Source of the DNA: an uncultured virus (IMG/VR IMGVR_UViG_3300003410_000004)
Taxonomy: Duplodnaviria; Heunggongvirae; Uroviricota; Caudoviricetes
IMG/VR virus record: IMGVR_UViG_3300003410_000004
DNA: 64,000 nt
Reading direction: 5' to 3' (one strand)
Both the position numbers and the translations under genes were made by a program. Below, piece by piece: positions 30,357 to 40,215 of the stretch. Within the stretch, counting starts at the first letter, position 1; each line of letters opens with the position of its first letter. The notes beneath the pieces are model-generated. The model saw only the letters and a list, made by a program, of their open reading frames with translations. It was not told where the DNA came from and did no database searches.

Positions 30357-31520
30357 ATGAGTCGTGAAAAATTCCTTGATGCCGCTACTGCGGTTTTCCC
30401 AACCAAGTCTGAGTTCACTCGCAACGAACTCGTTCAGATTGCAAATTCTATCGGTATGAAATACGCACCTTCTTGGGTTGTGAAAGATGATACATACAAA
30501 GTGCGCCGTGGTGTGTTTACACTGACACCTGCCGCGGCACAAGCAGGGGTGCAACAAGCACCTGCTAAAGTCATCCCACTACCAGAGAAAAAAGCAGTGA
30601 GTAAAGCAATCACAGTTGCGAATACAGAAATTGATAATCTAGTTCCTGCCAAGTATGCGAACTACGTTCCTTTTGGTTTCTTCAAAGATTTGAAGTCTAT
30701 CATTGCTTCTAATCAGTTCTACCCAACATTCATTACTGGTCTGTCTGGTAATGGTAAGACTATGATGGTCGAGCAGGTTTGTGCGCAAACCAAGCGTGAG
30801 TTCTTCCGTGTCAACATCACCATCGAAACTGATGAGGATGATCTGTTGGGTGGTTACCGTCTGCAGGATGGTGAGACTGTTTGGTTTGACGGTCCTGTCG
30901 TTCAAGCGATGAAGAAGGGTGCAGTTCTGCTTCTCGATGAAGTTGATCTCGCGTCTAACAAGATCATGTGTCTGCAACCAGTTCTTGAGGGTAAGGGTGT
31001 TCTTCTCAAGAAGATCAACCAGTTCGTTGAACCTGCTGATGGTTTCACGATTGTCGCGACTGCTAACACCAAAGGTCGTGGTTCTGAAGATGGTAAGTTC
31101 ATCGGTACGAACATCCTGAACGAAGCGTTTCTTGAGCGTTTCCCAATCACAGTTGAACAGGAATACCCAAGTTCAGTGACTGAGAAAAAGATCGTTCTCA
31201 AAGAGATGGCGACACTGGATGCCGTTGATGAAGATTTCGCGGAGAACCTGATCAAGTGGTCAGACATTATTCGCAAGACTTACTATGAGGGTGGTATCGA
31301 TGAGATCATCGCGACTCGCCGTCTGGTTCACATTGTGAAAGCATTCTCGATGTTCAAGGATCGTCTGAAAGCGATTGAGTTGTGTATCAACCGTTTCGAT
31401 GAAGAAACGAAGTCTGCATTCCTCGATCTGTACACCAAGATCGATGCAGAAGTAGGTGAGACTGATTTCGGTCAGTCAGGTGAAAACTTGGGGAACGATG
31501 ACGATCAAGTTCCCTATTAA
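30357..31520 (+). CDS. cobS: MoxR/CobS-like AAA+ ATPase
   Basis: GLSGNGKT, LLLDEVD, ATANTKG, LNEAFLERF. Confidence 0.9.
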   Translation: MSREKFLDAATAVFPTKSEFTRNELVQIANSIGMKYAPSWVVKDDTYKVRRGVFTLTPAAAQAGVQQAPAKVIPLPEKKAVSKAITVANTEIDNLVPAKYANYVPFGFFKDLKSIIASNQFYPTFITGLSGNGKTMMVEQVCAQTKREFFRVNITIETDEDDLLGGYRLQDGETVWFDGPVVQAMKKGAVLLLDEVDLASNKIMCLQPVLEGKGVLLKKINQFVEPADGFTIVATANTKGRGSEDGKFIGTNILNEAFLERFPITVEQEYPSSVTEKKIVLKEMATLDAVDEDFAENLIKWSDIIRKTYYEGGIDEIIATRRLVHIVKAFSMFKDRLKAIELCINRFDEETKSAFLDLYTKIDAEVGETDFGQSGENLGNDDDQVPY

Positions 31521-31531
31521 TAAGGATTGTA

Positions 31532-31819
31532 ATGAACTCTATTAACTACAAATATGATGAGGATCGAATCCTCAGTGAATTGAAAGAGTATGTTGACGCT
31601 ACCTATGGTCAACATTACTCGCAGAACAAATACCAAGCAACCGAATTTATTATTGACGGTGGTCATGGTGAAGGTTTCTGTATTGGTAACATCTTGAAAT
31701 ACGCTCAACGATATGGCAAGAAAGAAGGGAAGAATCGAAAAGACTTGATGAAGGTTCTTCACTATGCTATGATCGCACTCTATATTCATGACTCGGAGAA
31801 TGAAAATGCAACTAAGTAA
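31532..31819 (+). CDS. DUF3310-like protein
   Basis: HY, GFCIGNILKYAQRYGKK, DLMK..HY. Confidence 0.75.
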   Translation: MNSINYKYDEDRILSELKEYVDATYGQHYSQNKYQATEFIIDGGHGEGFCIGNILKYAQRYGKKEGKNRKDLMKVLHYAMIALYIHDSENENATK

Positions 31820-32471
31820 ATCCACACTCGATCTGCTCAAAAACTTTGCAGACATCAACGAAAACCTCTTGGTGAAGGAAGGTAACAAACTCACCACAAT
31901 CTCAACACAGAAGAATGTGCTTGCAGAAGCGACAGTCGAAGAGACATTCGACAAAGAGTTCGCAATCTATGACCTCAGTGGTTTCCTCAGTGTTCTGGGT
32001 ATCTTTGATGATCCAGAAATCGAATTGGGTGATGACTATGTGACAATCTCTAAGGGTCGTTCATCTACCAAGTACTGGTACGCTGATCCTTCACTTGTGG
32101 TATCACCACAGAAGTCGATCACAATGCCTGATGCTGAAGTTGAATTCAGTATCACTAAACAGCAACTTGCTGATATTCTGAAAGCGAGTTCAGTCATGCA
32201 ACTTCCAGATATTGGATTGAAGTCTGATGGTCAGACTGTCCAGTTGCTCGCGACTGACAAGAAGAATACCACTAGTAACGAATATGTGACTGATGTTGCT
32301 GATGGTAATGGTGATATCTACACTTTCTATTTCAAGAAAGAGAATCTGAAGTTGATTCCTGGCGACTACGCAGTCAAAGTAACTTCAAAGAATATCTCTG
32401 AATTCACTAACCAAGCAACTGACTTGAAGTACTTCATTGCACTGGAGGCAGATTCAAAGTACGAAGGTTAA
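31806..32471 (+). CDS. gp45: Sliding clamp gp45
   Basis: LKNFADIN, FAIYDL..FL, ENLKLIPGDY, YFIALE. Confidence 0.94.
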   Translation: MQLSKSTLDLLKNFADINENLLVKEGNKLTTISTQKNVLAEATVEETFDKEFAIYDLSGFLSVLGIFDDPEIELGDDYVTISKGRSSTKYWYADPSLVVSPQKSITMPDAEVEFSITKQQLADILKASSVMQLPDIGLKSDGQTVQLLATDKKNTTSNEYVTDVADGNGDIYTFYFKKENLKLIPGDYAVKVTSKNISEFTNQATDLKYFIALEADSKYEG

Positions 32472-32487
32472 GTGAAAGGACTATATA

Positions 32488-33441
32488 ATGAACATTAATG
32501 AAGATCAGTTTTTATTTGTAGAAAAATACCGTCCTCGCACTATCGAGGATTGTATTCTTCCTAAATCCCTTGAAAAAACTTTCAAGGAACTCGTGTCTCA
32601 GGGGGAGATTCCTAACCTCCTCCTTGCTGGCAGTGCAGGTGTTGGTAAGACCACAGTAGCAAAAGCACTATGTGAAGAACTTGGGTATGATTATATCGTG
32701 CTTAACGGTTCATCCGAAGGTGGTCAAATCGACACTCTCAGAACCACGGTGACGAACTTTGCGTCCACGGTATCGTTTAGCGGTAAAGGTAAAGTAGTAA
32801 TATTCGATGAGGCAGATTATCTCTCTCACGTTACACAACCTGCCTTACGAAACTTTATCGAAGAGTTCTCTAGGAACTGCCGTTTCATCTTAACGTGTAA
32901 TTACAAGAACCGCATCATTGAACCGTTACATTCACGATGCAGTGTTATTGACTTTGTAATTCCTGGCGATGAGAAACCTGCACTTGCCGCTAAATTTTTC
33001 AAGCGAACTGTCGAGATTCTCAATAATGAAAATATCGAGTTCGATCAAAAGACAGTTGCTCAAGTAGTACAAAAGTATTTCCCTGATTTCCGCAGGGTAC
33101 TGAATGAACTACAGCGTTACAGCGTCTCTGGTAAGATTGATGCGGAGAGTATTGCATCTGCAGGTGACGTAAACATGAAAGCAATTGTGGAGCATCTGAA
33201 ATCGAAAGACTTCACCAAGATGCGCAAATGGGTTGCAACCAATGTGTCGATGTACGACACACAGACTATCTTCCGTACAATCTACGATCAGATTGCTGAC
33301 CATATGGAACCATCGAGTATTCCAATGGCAGTTCTCAAGATTGCAGACTACCAGTACAAAGCGGCATTCGTTGCTGATCAGGAAGTCAATCTGGTTGCAT
33401 TTTTCACTGAACTAATGGTTGATTGTGAGTTTACAGTATGA
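32488..33441 (+). CDS. gp44: Clamp loader ATPase gp44
   Basis: VEKYRP, GSAGVGKT, DEAD, LHSRC. Confidence 0.96.
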   Translation: MNINEDQFLFVEKYRPRTIEDCILPKSLEKTFKELVSQGEIPNLLLAGSAGVGKTTVAKALCEELGYDYIVLNGSSEGGQIDTLRTTVTNFASTVSFSGKGKVVIFDEADYLSHVTQPALRNFIEEFSRNCRFILTCNYKNRIIEPLHSRCSVIDFVIPGDEKPALAAKFFKRTVEILNNENIEFDQKTVAQVVQKYFPDFRRVLNELQRYSVSGKIDAESIASAGDVNMKAIVEHLKSKDFTKMRKWVATNVSMYDTQTIFRTIYDQIADHMEPSSIPMAVLKIADYQYKAAFVADQEVNLVAFFTELMVDCEFTV

Positions 33442-34124
33442 CGATTGCATTCCGACACGATGAACTATTTGAGACTAATCCACAAATCTCACCATATACA
33501 CTGGAAGTTCCAGATGTGGGAGATGTATTAATAATTGACAATTTCTACAGATTTCCTTGGGAAATCCAAACGATGTTGGAAGATTCGTGGAGTCAGTTGT
33601 GGAAGACTTCACCAACAAGTAGAAATGGTATTGACTATACTGATTGTCGATTGATGTTTGAAGGATTTGATACTGGAGAGTTGAATCAGTTTGAACCTCA
33701 ACAATTGATCGCTGACATGAGTAAACTTCATCTTGGTATTGAGTTGAAAGATAATCCTGCACCATATGCTTTTAACAATTATTCCAATATCAAGATTCCA
33801 GATGAGTCTATGCAAATGTATCCACATCAAGATGGAAACAATATGCTTGCCGCAGTGATCTATCTCGATGCAATTGAAAATGGTGGAACTGCATTCTATA
33901 AGCAAGCACAGATGCAAGATGTTGGGTATACTGAAGTTGAGAATGTCTTAGTTGACGTAGATAAGTACTATGACATGGCAGGGGTAGTACCTGCTAAATT
34001 TAATCGATGTGTGATTTATCCAAGCATGTATATGCATGGTGGATACATAGAAGACCACAAAGCATATAGTAAGAATGAGTGGAGACGCACACAAGTTTAT
34101 TTTCTACCAATTAAGAGTATGTAA
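33438..34124 (+). CDS. 2OG-Fe(II) oxygenase-like protein inserted between gp44 and gp62
   Basis: IIDNFY, PHQD, GGTAFY, FNR..IYP...H, R.TQ. Confidence 0.75.
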   Translation: MTIAFRHDELFETNPQISPYTLEVPDVGDVLIIDNFYRFPWEIQTMLEDSWSQLWKTSPTSRNGIDYTDCRLMFEGFDTGELNQFEPQQLIADMSKLHLGIELKDNPAPYAFNNYSNIKIPDESMQMYPHQDGNNMLAAVIYLDAIENGGTAFYKQAQMQDVGYTEVENVLVDVDKYYDMAGVVPAKFNRCVIYPSMYMHGGYIEDHKAYSKNEWRRTQVYFLPIKSM

Positions 34125-34505
34125 ATGAGTACCCCATTTGATTATGTAAAAGCGATTCAGTACACCAAAGAAGATATGGTTTCTGATCGCGCAGGTGAAA
34201 AGAATTACAATCCATTCATTGTAAACCGCGCATTGTCCATGTCTCTCGACACCGTTCTACTCGCTAATGAGATGAATATTGCGCGAGATTTGGACAATAA
34301 AATGCAATTTCAATTTTTGCTAAATATAGTAAGTAAGCGAAAGCGATTTGATAAATGGCAGAAAAAAGAAGAGTTAACTGACCTAGACTATGTTAAAGAA
34401 TATTTTGACTATAGTAATGAGAAAGCAGTTCAAGCACTTCAAGTACTGACCGAACAACAACTTACTGAATTGAAGAAAAAATTGAATAAAGGTGGAACTA
34501 AATGA
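34125..34505 (+). CDS. gp62: Clamp loader subunit gp62
   Basis: YNPFIVNRALS, ANEMN, KRKRF.KW, YSNEKA. Confidence 0.92.
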   Translation: MSTPFDYVKAIQYTKEDMVSDRAGEKNYNPFIVNRALSMSLDTVLLANEMNIARDLDNKMQFQFLLNIVSKRKRFDKWQKKEELTDLDYVKEYFDYSNEKAVQALQVLTEQQLTELKKKLNKGGTK

Positions 34506-34894
34506 TTGGCATTGATAGCATGGTCGAAGTGCGACTAAAGCAACCAGATGACTTTTTAAAAATCAAAGAAACATTGACTCGTATCGGAGTCGCATCAAAG
34601 AAAGACAGAAAACTATTTCAGTCTTGTCACATTCTACACAAGCAGGGTCGATATTACATCGTCCATTTTAAAGAACTGTTTGCACTCGATGGTAAAGCGA
34701 CTGACTTTACTGAGAATGACATTCAGCGCAGAAACACAATTGTAAAACTCCTGATTGATTGGGGTTTGATTGATGTTGTATCCAGTGAGACAATCGCAGA
34801 ACAAGCACCACTCTCACAAATCAAAGTTCTCGCATATAAAGAAAAAGATGAATGGGAACTGTGTGCAAAATACAACATCGGTAAAAAGAAGTAA
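34502..34894 (+). CDS. regA: Translational repressor RegA
   Basis: DDFLKIKETLTRIG, QSCHILHKQGRYYIVHFKELF. Confidence 0.97.
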   Translation: MIGIDSMVEVRLKQPDDFLKIKETLTRIGVASKKDRKLFQSCHILHKQGRYYIVHFKELFALDGKATDFTENDIQRRNTIVKLLIDWGLIDVVSSETIAEQAPLSQIKVLAYKEKDEWELCAKYNIGKKK

Positions 34895-34932
34895 TATTGC
34901 CACACAACAAATCGCTTTTGTGGTATTATACT

Positions 34933-34940
34933 TATAAATA
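34933..34940 (+). promoter_or_regulatory. Late promoter TATAAATA upstream of tmRNA
   Basis: Exact consensus. Confidence 0.75.
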
Positions 34941-34944
34941 GATT

Positions 34945-35207
34945 TGAATTTGATGACGCTAATTGGAAGGTATTTGGACGGCGGTGCGATTCCGCCCACC
35001 TCCACCACAAGTGCATCTGTAAGTCGAGGTAAGGTTCGGAGACTACGCAGGGTGTACTTTTGATGGGGGTGAACAGGTTCGACAGGTACGCGGAAGGTTG
35101 GAAGAGAATTCGACTAAATGTAACTGCAAACGATAGCACTTACGCATTGGCGGCATGATGACTGCCTAGGGTTTCGGTAGGTTTCCTCGTAACAGAATAA
35201 CCTACCA
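34945..35207 (+). ncRNA. ssrA: Circularly permuted two-piece tmRNA (outer ends approximate)
   Basis: T-arm and CACCTCC-ACCA (ends 35007) precede GGGGGTG (35065); G3:U70 pair; tag ANDSTYALAA at 35126-35158. Confidence 0.92.
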
Positions 35208-35238
35208 TTTTACACATAACACACACAAGGAGACTATT

Positions 35239-35457
35239 ATGTCCAATCCATATGAAATGCGCTTCTCTATGTTGTCGCAAGCACAAGCACTGCTTACTGA
35301 GCAGTATCACTCTGAGGTTAATGACCTCAAAGAAAAATATTATGCGGAGAAGGATGTCGATCCAGAAGTTGCTTTCCCAGAACTTCCACACTTTCCGACT
35401 TTCGCTGATATTGAAAAACTCGCAACAGAAATGAACGAATTCGTTTCTAAGCGATAA
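35239..35457 (+). CDS. Hypothetical protein
   Basis: AAGGAG RBS after an AC-rich leader. Confidence 0.75.
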   Translation: MSNPYEMRFSMLSQAQALLTEQYHSEVNDLKEKYYAEKDVDPEVAFPELPHFPTFADIEKLATEMNEFVSKR

Positions 35458-35459
35458 TT

Positions 35460-35517
35460 GACTCGCCATTGAATGGGAGTCCTACAATTAAAACTCGCTG
35501 AAAAGGAGAATAGAAAT
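35460..35517 (+). promoter_or_regulatory. ROSE-like RNA thermometer in the Hsp20 leader
   Basis: CTCGCT-GAAA-AGGAG at 35494-35508, plus an upstream GACTC...GAGTC hairpin. Confidence 0.65.
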
Positions 35518-35970
35518 ATGACATTTCTAAGCAAAGACCTAGACAAGTTTTTTGTCGGTTACGATAAAGTGTTCAACGATCTGCAGAAGTTTCACGAAAC
35601 TGCAACGAAGAACATTCCCAACTACCCACCATACAACATCAAGAAAACTGCAGACAATACATATGTTATTGAAATGGCAGTAGCAGGTTTCGGTAAATCC
35701 GATATCGAAATTGAAGTTGAAGGTGACAAACTGGTAATCAAGGGTAACGCTTCACAAGACGAAGCAGATACAAGTACCCTGTACCAAGGACTCGCATTCC
35801 GTCCATTCACTCGTCTGTTCACACTGAACGATCAGGTAGAAATCGAGAATGCTGAATTGGTGAATGGTCTACTCAAGATTACGTTGGAGCGTCTCATCCC
35901 AGAGTCGAAGAAGCGTAAGGTTGAGATCAAAGATGGCGAGACTTCCAATAAGGAATTCCTCGCAGAATAA
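35518..35970 (+). CDS. Small heat shock protein Hsp20 (IbpA-like)
   Basis: NYPPYNI, EMAVAGF, F.R.F.L, NGLL.I.L; ATG at 35518 follows the SD. Confidence 0.95.
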   Translation: MTFLSKDLDKFFVGYDKVFNDLQKFHETATKNIPNYPPYNIKKTADNTYVIEMAVAGFGKSDIEIEVEGDKLVIKGNASQDEADTSTLYQGLAFRPFTRLFTLNDQVEIENAELVNGLLKITLERLIPESKKRKVEIKDGETSNKEFLAE

Positions 35971-36044
35971 TCCCTTGTGCTACCTTGGGATCGTGACCTG
36001 AGTATGTCCTCAAACTGCTCACTCATTTATTATTAGGAGACATT

Positions 36045-36341
36045 ATGACTATTGAAGTATTCCGCGTGATTGCAGGTGAAGAAGTTATCGGTGATGTGAC
36101 AGATAATGGAGATTCCATTACAGTCGAAAATCCTGCAGTGGTTGCAGTGATGCCAGGCGAGGATGGTACAATGCAAGTTCGTCTAGGACCTCTGAGTCCA
36201 TCTACAGACGATACTAAGGTGACCATTTCCTCATCTAACATTCTCTATCGAGTAACTCCAAAAACTGATTTGCTAAATTATTATAATCAGATTTTCGGTT
36301 CTGGTTTAATTATGCCAGACAAAAATATCATTGGTAAGTAA
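36045..36341 (+). CDS. Conserved hypothetical protein (Sm-like pattern)
   Basis: AGGAG RBS; GEEVIG..ENPAV; YNQIFGSGLI. Confidence 0.7.
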   Translation: MTIEVFRVIAGEEVIGDVTDNGDSITVENPAVVAVMPGEDGTMQVRLGPLSPSTDDTKVTISSSNILYRVTPKTDLLNYYNQIFGSGLIMPDKNIIGK

Positions 36342-36349
36342 TTATTGCC

Positions 36350-36378
36350 TTGACTTATAGGATGGATGCAGGTATACT
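36350..36378 (+). promoter_or_regulatory. sigma70 promoter for gp43
   Basis: TATTGCC-TTGACT-17-TATACT. Confidence 0.8.
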
Positions 36379-36410
36379 GTATCCATCTTTTTTCGTTTAT
36401 GGAGTGAATA

Positions 36411-38927
36411 TTGAAATTTTACACTAACGTTATTCAGTGGGGTAACTCCATCTTTGTGCGTGGTGTTGACAGTTTTGGTCAACGTCAATCGATTCGATAC
36501 AAAGACTTTCAACCGACACTGTACGTCAAATCAAGCGAACCATCCGATTGGAAGACAGTCGATGGTCGATACGTCAAGGAGTTCCATCCTGGCGACATCA
36601 ACGAATCAAAAGATTTCATTAAACGCTACGATGGGGTTGAGGGGTTTGAAGTATTCGGACAAACCCAATACATCTATCAGTGGATTTCTGACAACTTTCA
36701 AGATGACGTTGATTTCGATCTCAACAAGATTCTGGTTGCTAACATCGATATTGAGACATCTTGTGAACATGGTTTCCCTAACATCGAAACCGCAAACGAA
36801 GAAGTTCTACTGATCACCATTCGTAATAGTCTGAACAACCAATACATCACTTGGGGTACTAAACCCTACGATAATAAGCATGATAATGTGGTGTACTATG
36901 AGTTTGACTCTGAGTACAAGATGCTCCAAGATTTCATTCGTTGGATGCAAGACACCAAACCAGATGTGATGACAGGTTGGAACATTAAGTTCTTTGATAT
37001 TCCATATCTCGTGAACCGTATTGAGCGTGTGCTTGGTGAAGAGTACATCCGACAGTTGTCACCTTGGAAGATCGTCAAAGGTTCAACTAAGAACATTCAT
37101 GGTCGTGAGCAACAGTATTACGACATCTTTGGTATCGCTACTCTCGACTACTTGGATATGTTCAAGAAGTACATGGGTATCGGATACGAATCATTCCGAC
37201 TTGACAACATCGCAAACGTCATTCTTGGTGAGAAGAAACTAGACTACTCAGAACACGAATCGATGCATCTGTTCTATAAGAACGACTGGCAGAAGTTCGT
37301 AGACTACAACATCAAAGACGTTGAGTTGGTACAGCGACTCGATGACAAACTTGGTTTGATCGAACTACATCTGACGATGGCGTATGATGCGCGAATCAAC
37401 TATGATGATGTATTCTCTCAGGTGCGTATGTGGGATAGTCTCGTGTACAATCATCTGCGCAAGAAGAAGATCGTTATCCCACCGAAGAAGCGACTAGATA
37501 AAGATACTGCTTATGCAGGTGCGTATGTAAAAGACCCAGTGATCGGCGAACACAAGTGGGTGTTGTCTTTTGACTTGAACTCACTCTACCCACATTTGAT
37601 CATGCAGTACAATATTTCACCAGACACGATTGTTCCTGAGACGTTCCGTTGTTCTGTTGATGGGTTGCTTGGTCAGGAAATTGACACAGCATATCTGAAA
37701 GAAAATAATCTAACAATGGCGGCAAATGGTCAGTGCTTCCGCAAAGATTTTCAGGGATTCCTACCTGAGATGATGCAGACGATGTACGACTCTCGTAAGT
37801 TCTTCAAGAAGAAGATGCTCCAAGCAGAGCAAGAGTATGAACGTACCAAAGATCAGAAACTGCAGAAAGATATCTCTCGATTTAATAACATCCAGTTAGC
37901 AAAGAAGATTGCACTCAACTCCGCTTATGGTGCGTTGGGTAACCAGTACTTCCGCTACTTTGATATCCGACAAGCAGAGGGTATCACTTTGTCTGGTCAG
38001 TTATCGATTCGTTGGATTGAGCAAGCGATTAATCGCTATCTTAACAAACTACTGGAGACTGATAATGAAGAGTTCGTTATTGCATCAGATACAGATTCGG
38101 TATACATTGTTTTTGACAAACTTATTGATCGCGTGTTACCGAAGAGAAGCGATATGGAAGAGAACGAATACACGCAGAAGTGTGTTAGGTTCCTTGATCG
38201 AATCGCTCAAGAAAAGATTGAACCGTATATTGATAAGATGTATCAGAATCTTGCTGATTACATGAATGCATATGAGCAGAAGATGTTCATGAAGCGAGAG
38301 GTAATCGCTGACAAGGGTATCTGGACTGCTAAGAAACGTTACATTCTAAACGTTCACAACTCTGAGGGGGTTCAGTACGCTGAACCAAAACTCAAGATCA
38401 TGGGTCTAGAGGTTGTCAAGTCCTCAACTCCTGCTCCAGTGCGAGTGAAGTTGAAGGAATCAATCTCCATCATCATGAATCAAGATAACGATGCTCTTAT
38501 CGAGTTCATCGACAAATGGCGAGAGGAATTCAAATCACTTCCACCAGAAGAGGTTGCTTTCCCTCGCTCAGTAAACAACTTGGATAAGTATACATCCTCG
38601 ATCAGTGTTTACACTAAAGGAACTCCAATTCATGTCCGTGGTTCGTTGATGTATAATAAACTACTCAAGGATAAAGACTTGGACGGTAAGTATCAGTTGA
38701 TTCGCGAGGGGGAGAAGATCAAGTTCATCTTCCTCAAGAAACCGAATCCGATTGGCGAAAATGTACTATCATTCTTAAATACTTTCCCAAAAGAACTTGA
38801 CTTAAACAAGTATATCGATTATGATACACAATTCGAGAAAGCATACCTAGAACCACTCCGTTTCATTCTTGAATCAATTGGATGGCAGAGTGAGAAGGTT
38901 GCTACACTAGAAGATTTTTTTGTATAG
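36411..38927 (+). CDS. gp43: Family B DNA polymerase gp43
   Basis: DIET exonuclease, DLNSLYP, KIALNSAYG, SDTDS. Confidence 0.98.
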   Translation: MKFYTNVIQWGNSIFVRGVDSFGQRQSIRYKDFQPTLYVKSSEPSDWKTVDGRYVKEFHPGDINESKDFIKRYDGVEGFEVFGQTQYIYQWISDNFQDDVDFDLNKILVANIDIETSCEHGFPNIETANEEVLLITIRNSLNNQYITWGTKPYDNKHDNVVYYEFDSEYKMLQDFIRWMQDTKPDVMTGWNIKFFDIPYLVNRIERVLGEEYIRQLSPWKIVKGSTKNIHGREQQYYDIFGIATLDYLDMFKKYMGIGYESFRLDNIANVILGEKKLDYSEHESMHLFYKNDWQKFVDYNIKDVELVQRLDDKLGLIELHLTMAYDARINYDDVFSQVRMWDSLVYNHLRKKKIVIPPKKRLDKDTAYAGAYVKDPVIGEHKWVLSFDLNSLYPHLIMQYNISPDTIVPETFRCSVDGLLGQEIDTAYLKENNLTMAANGQCFRKDFQGFLPEMMQTMYDSRKFFKKKMLQAEQEYERTKDQKLQKDISRFNNIQLAKKIALNSAYGALGNQYFRYFDIRQAEGITLSGQLSIRWIEQAINRYLNKLLETDNEEFVIASDTDSVYIVFDKLIDRVLPKRSDMEENEYTQKCVRFLDRIAQEKIEPYIDKMYQNLADYMNAYEQKMFMKREVIADKGIWTAKKRYILNVHNSEGVQYAEPKLKIMGLEVVKSSTPAPVRVKLKESISIIMNQDNDALIEFIDKWREEFKSLPPEEVAFPRSVNNLDKYTSSISVYTKGTPIHVRGSLMYNKLLKDKDLDGKYQLIREGEKIKFIFLKKPNPIGENVLSFLNTFPKELDLNKYIDYDTQFEKAYLEPLRFILESIGWQSEKVATLEDFFV

Positions 38928-38936
38928 GAGAAACCT

Positions 38937-39956
38937 ATGAGTTTTCTTAATGACTTGGTGAAATCATCAGGTAACGAATATGCATCCGTTGTTGCGGATG
39001 GTATTGAAGCAGGTGATGTAAATGGATTTATTGATACAGGGGTGTATGCATTAAATGCATTACTCTCTGGTTCGATTTATGGTGGTCTTCCATCGAATAA
39101 GATTACTGCACTCGCAGGTGAGTCATCGACAGGTAAAACGTTCTTTGCTCTGTCGATTGTTAAGAACTTCCTCGATCAGAATCCAGATGCAGGTGTTCTC
39201 TATTTTGAGACAGAATCTGCAATCTCAAGTGAGATGATTATTGAGCGTGGTATCGATCCAAAGCGTATGGTCATTGTTCCTGTTACTACAGTTCAAGAGT
39301 TCAGAACTCAAGCGATTCGGATTCTGGACAAGTACATTGAGCAACCGAAAGGTGAGCGTCAACCGATGATGTTCTGTCTAGATTCACTTGGTATGTTATC
39401 GACTACCAAAGAGATTGAAGATACTGCAGAGGGTAAAGAGACTCGTGATATGACACGCGCACAGTTAGTGAAAGCGGCATTCCGTGTTCTGACTCTGAAA
39501 CTTGGTCGTGCAAACGTACCAATGATTGTTACTAACCACACATATGAAGTGGTTGGTTCATACATTCCAACCAAAGAAATGGGTGGTGGTACTGGTCTGC
39601 GTTACGCGGCATCAACTATTCTATATCTCTCTAAAAAGAAAGAGAAAGATGGTAAAGAGGTGATTGGTAATATCATCCACTGCCGTTTGAACAAATCACG
39701 ACTCACAGTTGAGAACTCACTTGTTGACGTTGCTCTGCGGTATCGTGGTGGTTTGAACAAGCACTATGGGTTGTTGGAACTTGCTGAAGAAGCAGGTATC
39801 TTCAAGAAGGTATCGACTCGATATGAACTACCAGACGGTTCTAAGCAGTTTGGTAAGACTATCAATGAGAATCCAGAAGAATACTTCACTGAAGAAGTAC
39901 TCCAACAGATTGATGAGTTTGCGAAGAAGAAGTTCACATATGGCAACGAAGTATAA
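38937..39956 (+). CDS. uvsX: RecA-like recombinase UvsX
   Basis: [29 protein letters not shown]. Confidence 0.96.
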   Translation: MSFLNDLVKSSGNEYASVVADGIEAGDVNGFIDTGVYALNALLSGSIYGGLPSNKITALAGESSTGKTFFALSIVKNFLDQNPDAGVLYFETESAISSEMIIERGIDPKRMVIVPVTTVQEFRTQAIRILDKYIEQPKGERQPMMFCLDSLGMLSTTKEIEDTAEGKETRDMTRAQLVKAAFRVLTLKLGRANVPMIVTNHTYEVVGSYIPTKEMGGGTGLRYAASTILYLSKKKEKDGKEVIGNIIHCRLNKSRLTVENSLVDVALRYRGGLNKHYGLLELAEEAGIFKKVSTRYELPDGSKQFGKTINENPEEYFTEEVLQQIDEFAKKKFTYGNEV

Positions 39957-40215
39957 GTTTGTAGAGAAGAAAGATTTCATCGCCATCCAGATTGAGGATG
40001 GTAAGTACAAAGGTGTAGTCTTTAATTACGGTAGAGTTCAGTTCAACGGTGAGGTTGATCCACCAAAAATGAACTTTGAATATATGCCAGTAAAAATCCC
40101 TGATGGGGTATTGATTGAAGAGGATTTTATTGATATAATCGGTGACATTCTCGTAAACGTTCTAGAAGAACAATTGGAAGCAGGTGAAGTCGTATATGCA
40201 GGCGGATCGGATTGA
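39940..40215 (+). CDS. Hypothetical protein between uvsX and gp41
   Basis: ATG at 39940; YGRV, IGDILV..LE. Confidence 0.65.
   Translation: MATKYKFVEKKDFIAIQIEDGKYKGVVFNYGRVQFNGEVDPPKMNFEYMPVKIPDGVLIEEDFIDIIGDILVNVLEEQLEAGEVVYAGGSD

Noticed and set aside
30357..31520. Cobalamin biosynthesis role for cobS
   Set aside because: No other cob genes in the window; fits a generic MoxR/VWA pair.
34976..35007. Stand-alone tRNA or attachment-site fragment
   Set aside because: No D or anticodon arm; explained as the acceptor piece of the permuted tmRNA.
35211..35233. ACAC-rich leader as a regulatory repeat
   Set aside because: Single short instance; may be just an unstructured translation enhancer.
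34723..35469. Minus-strand ORFs over regA/tmRNA
   Set aside because: Antisense to regA, the tmRNA and ORF 35239.
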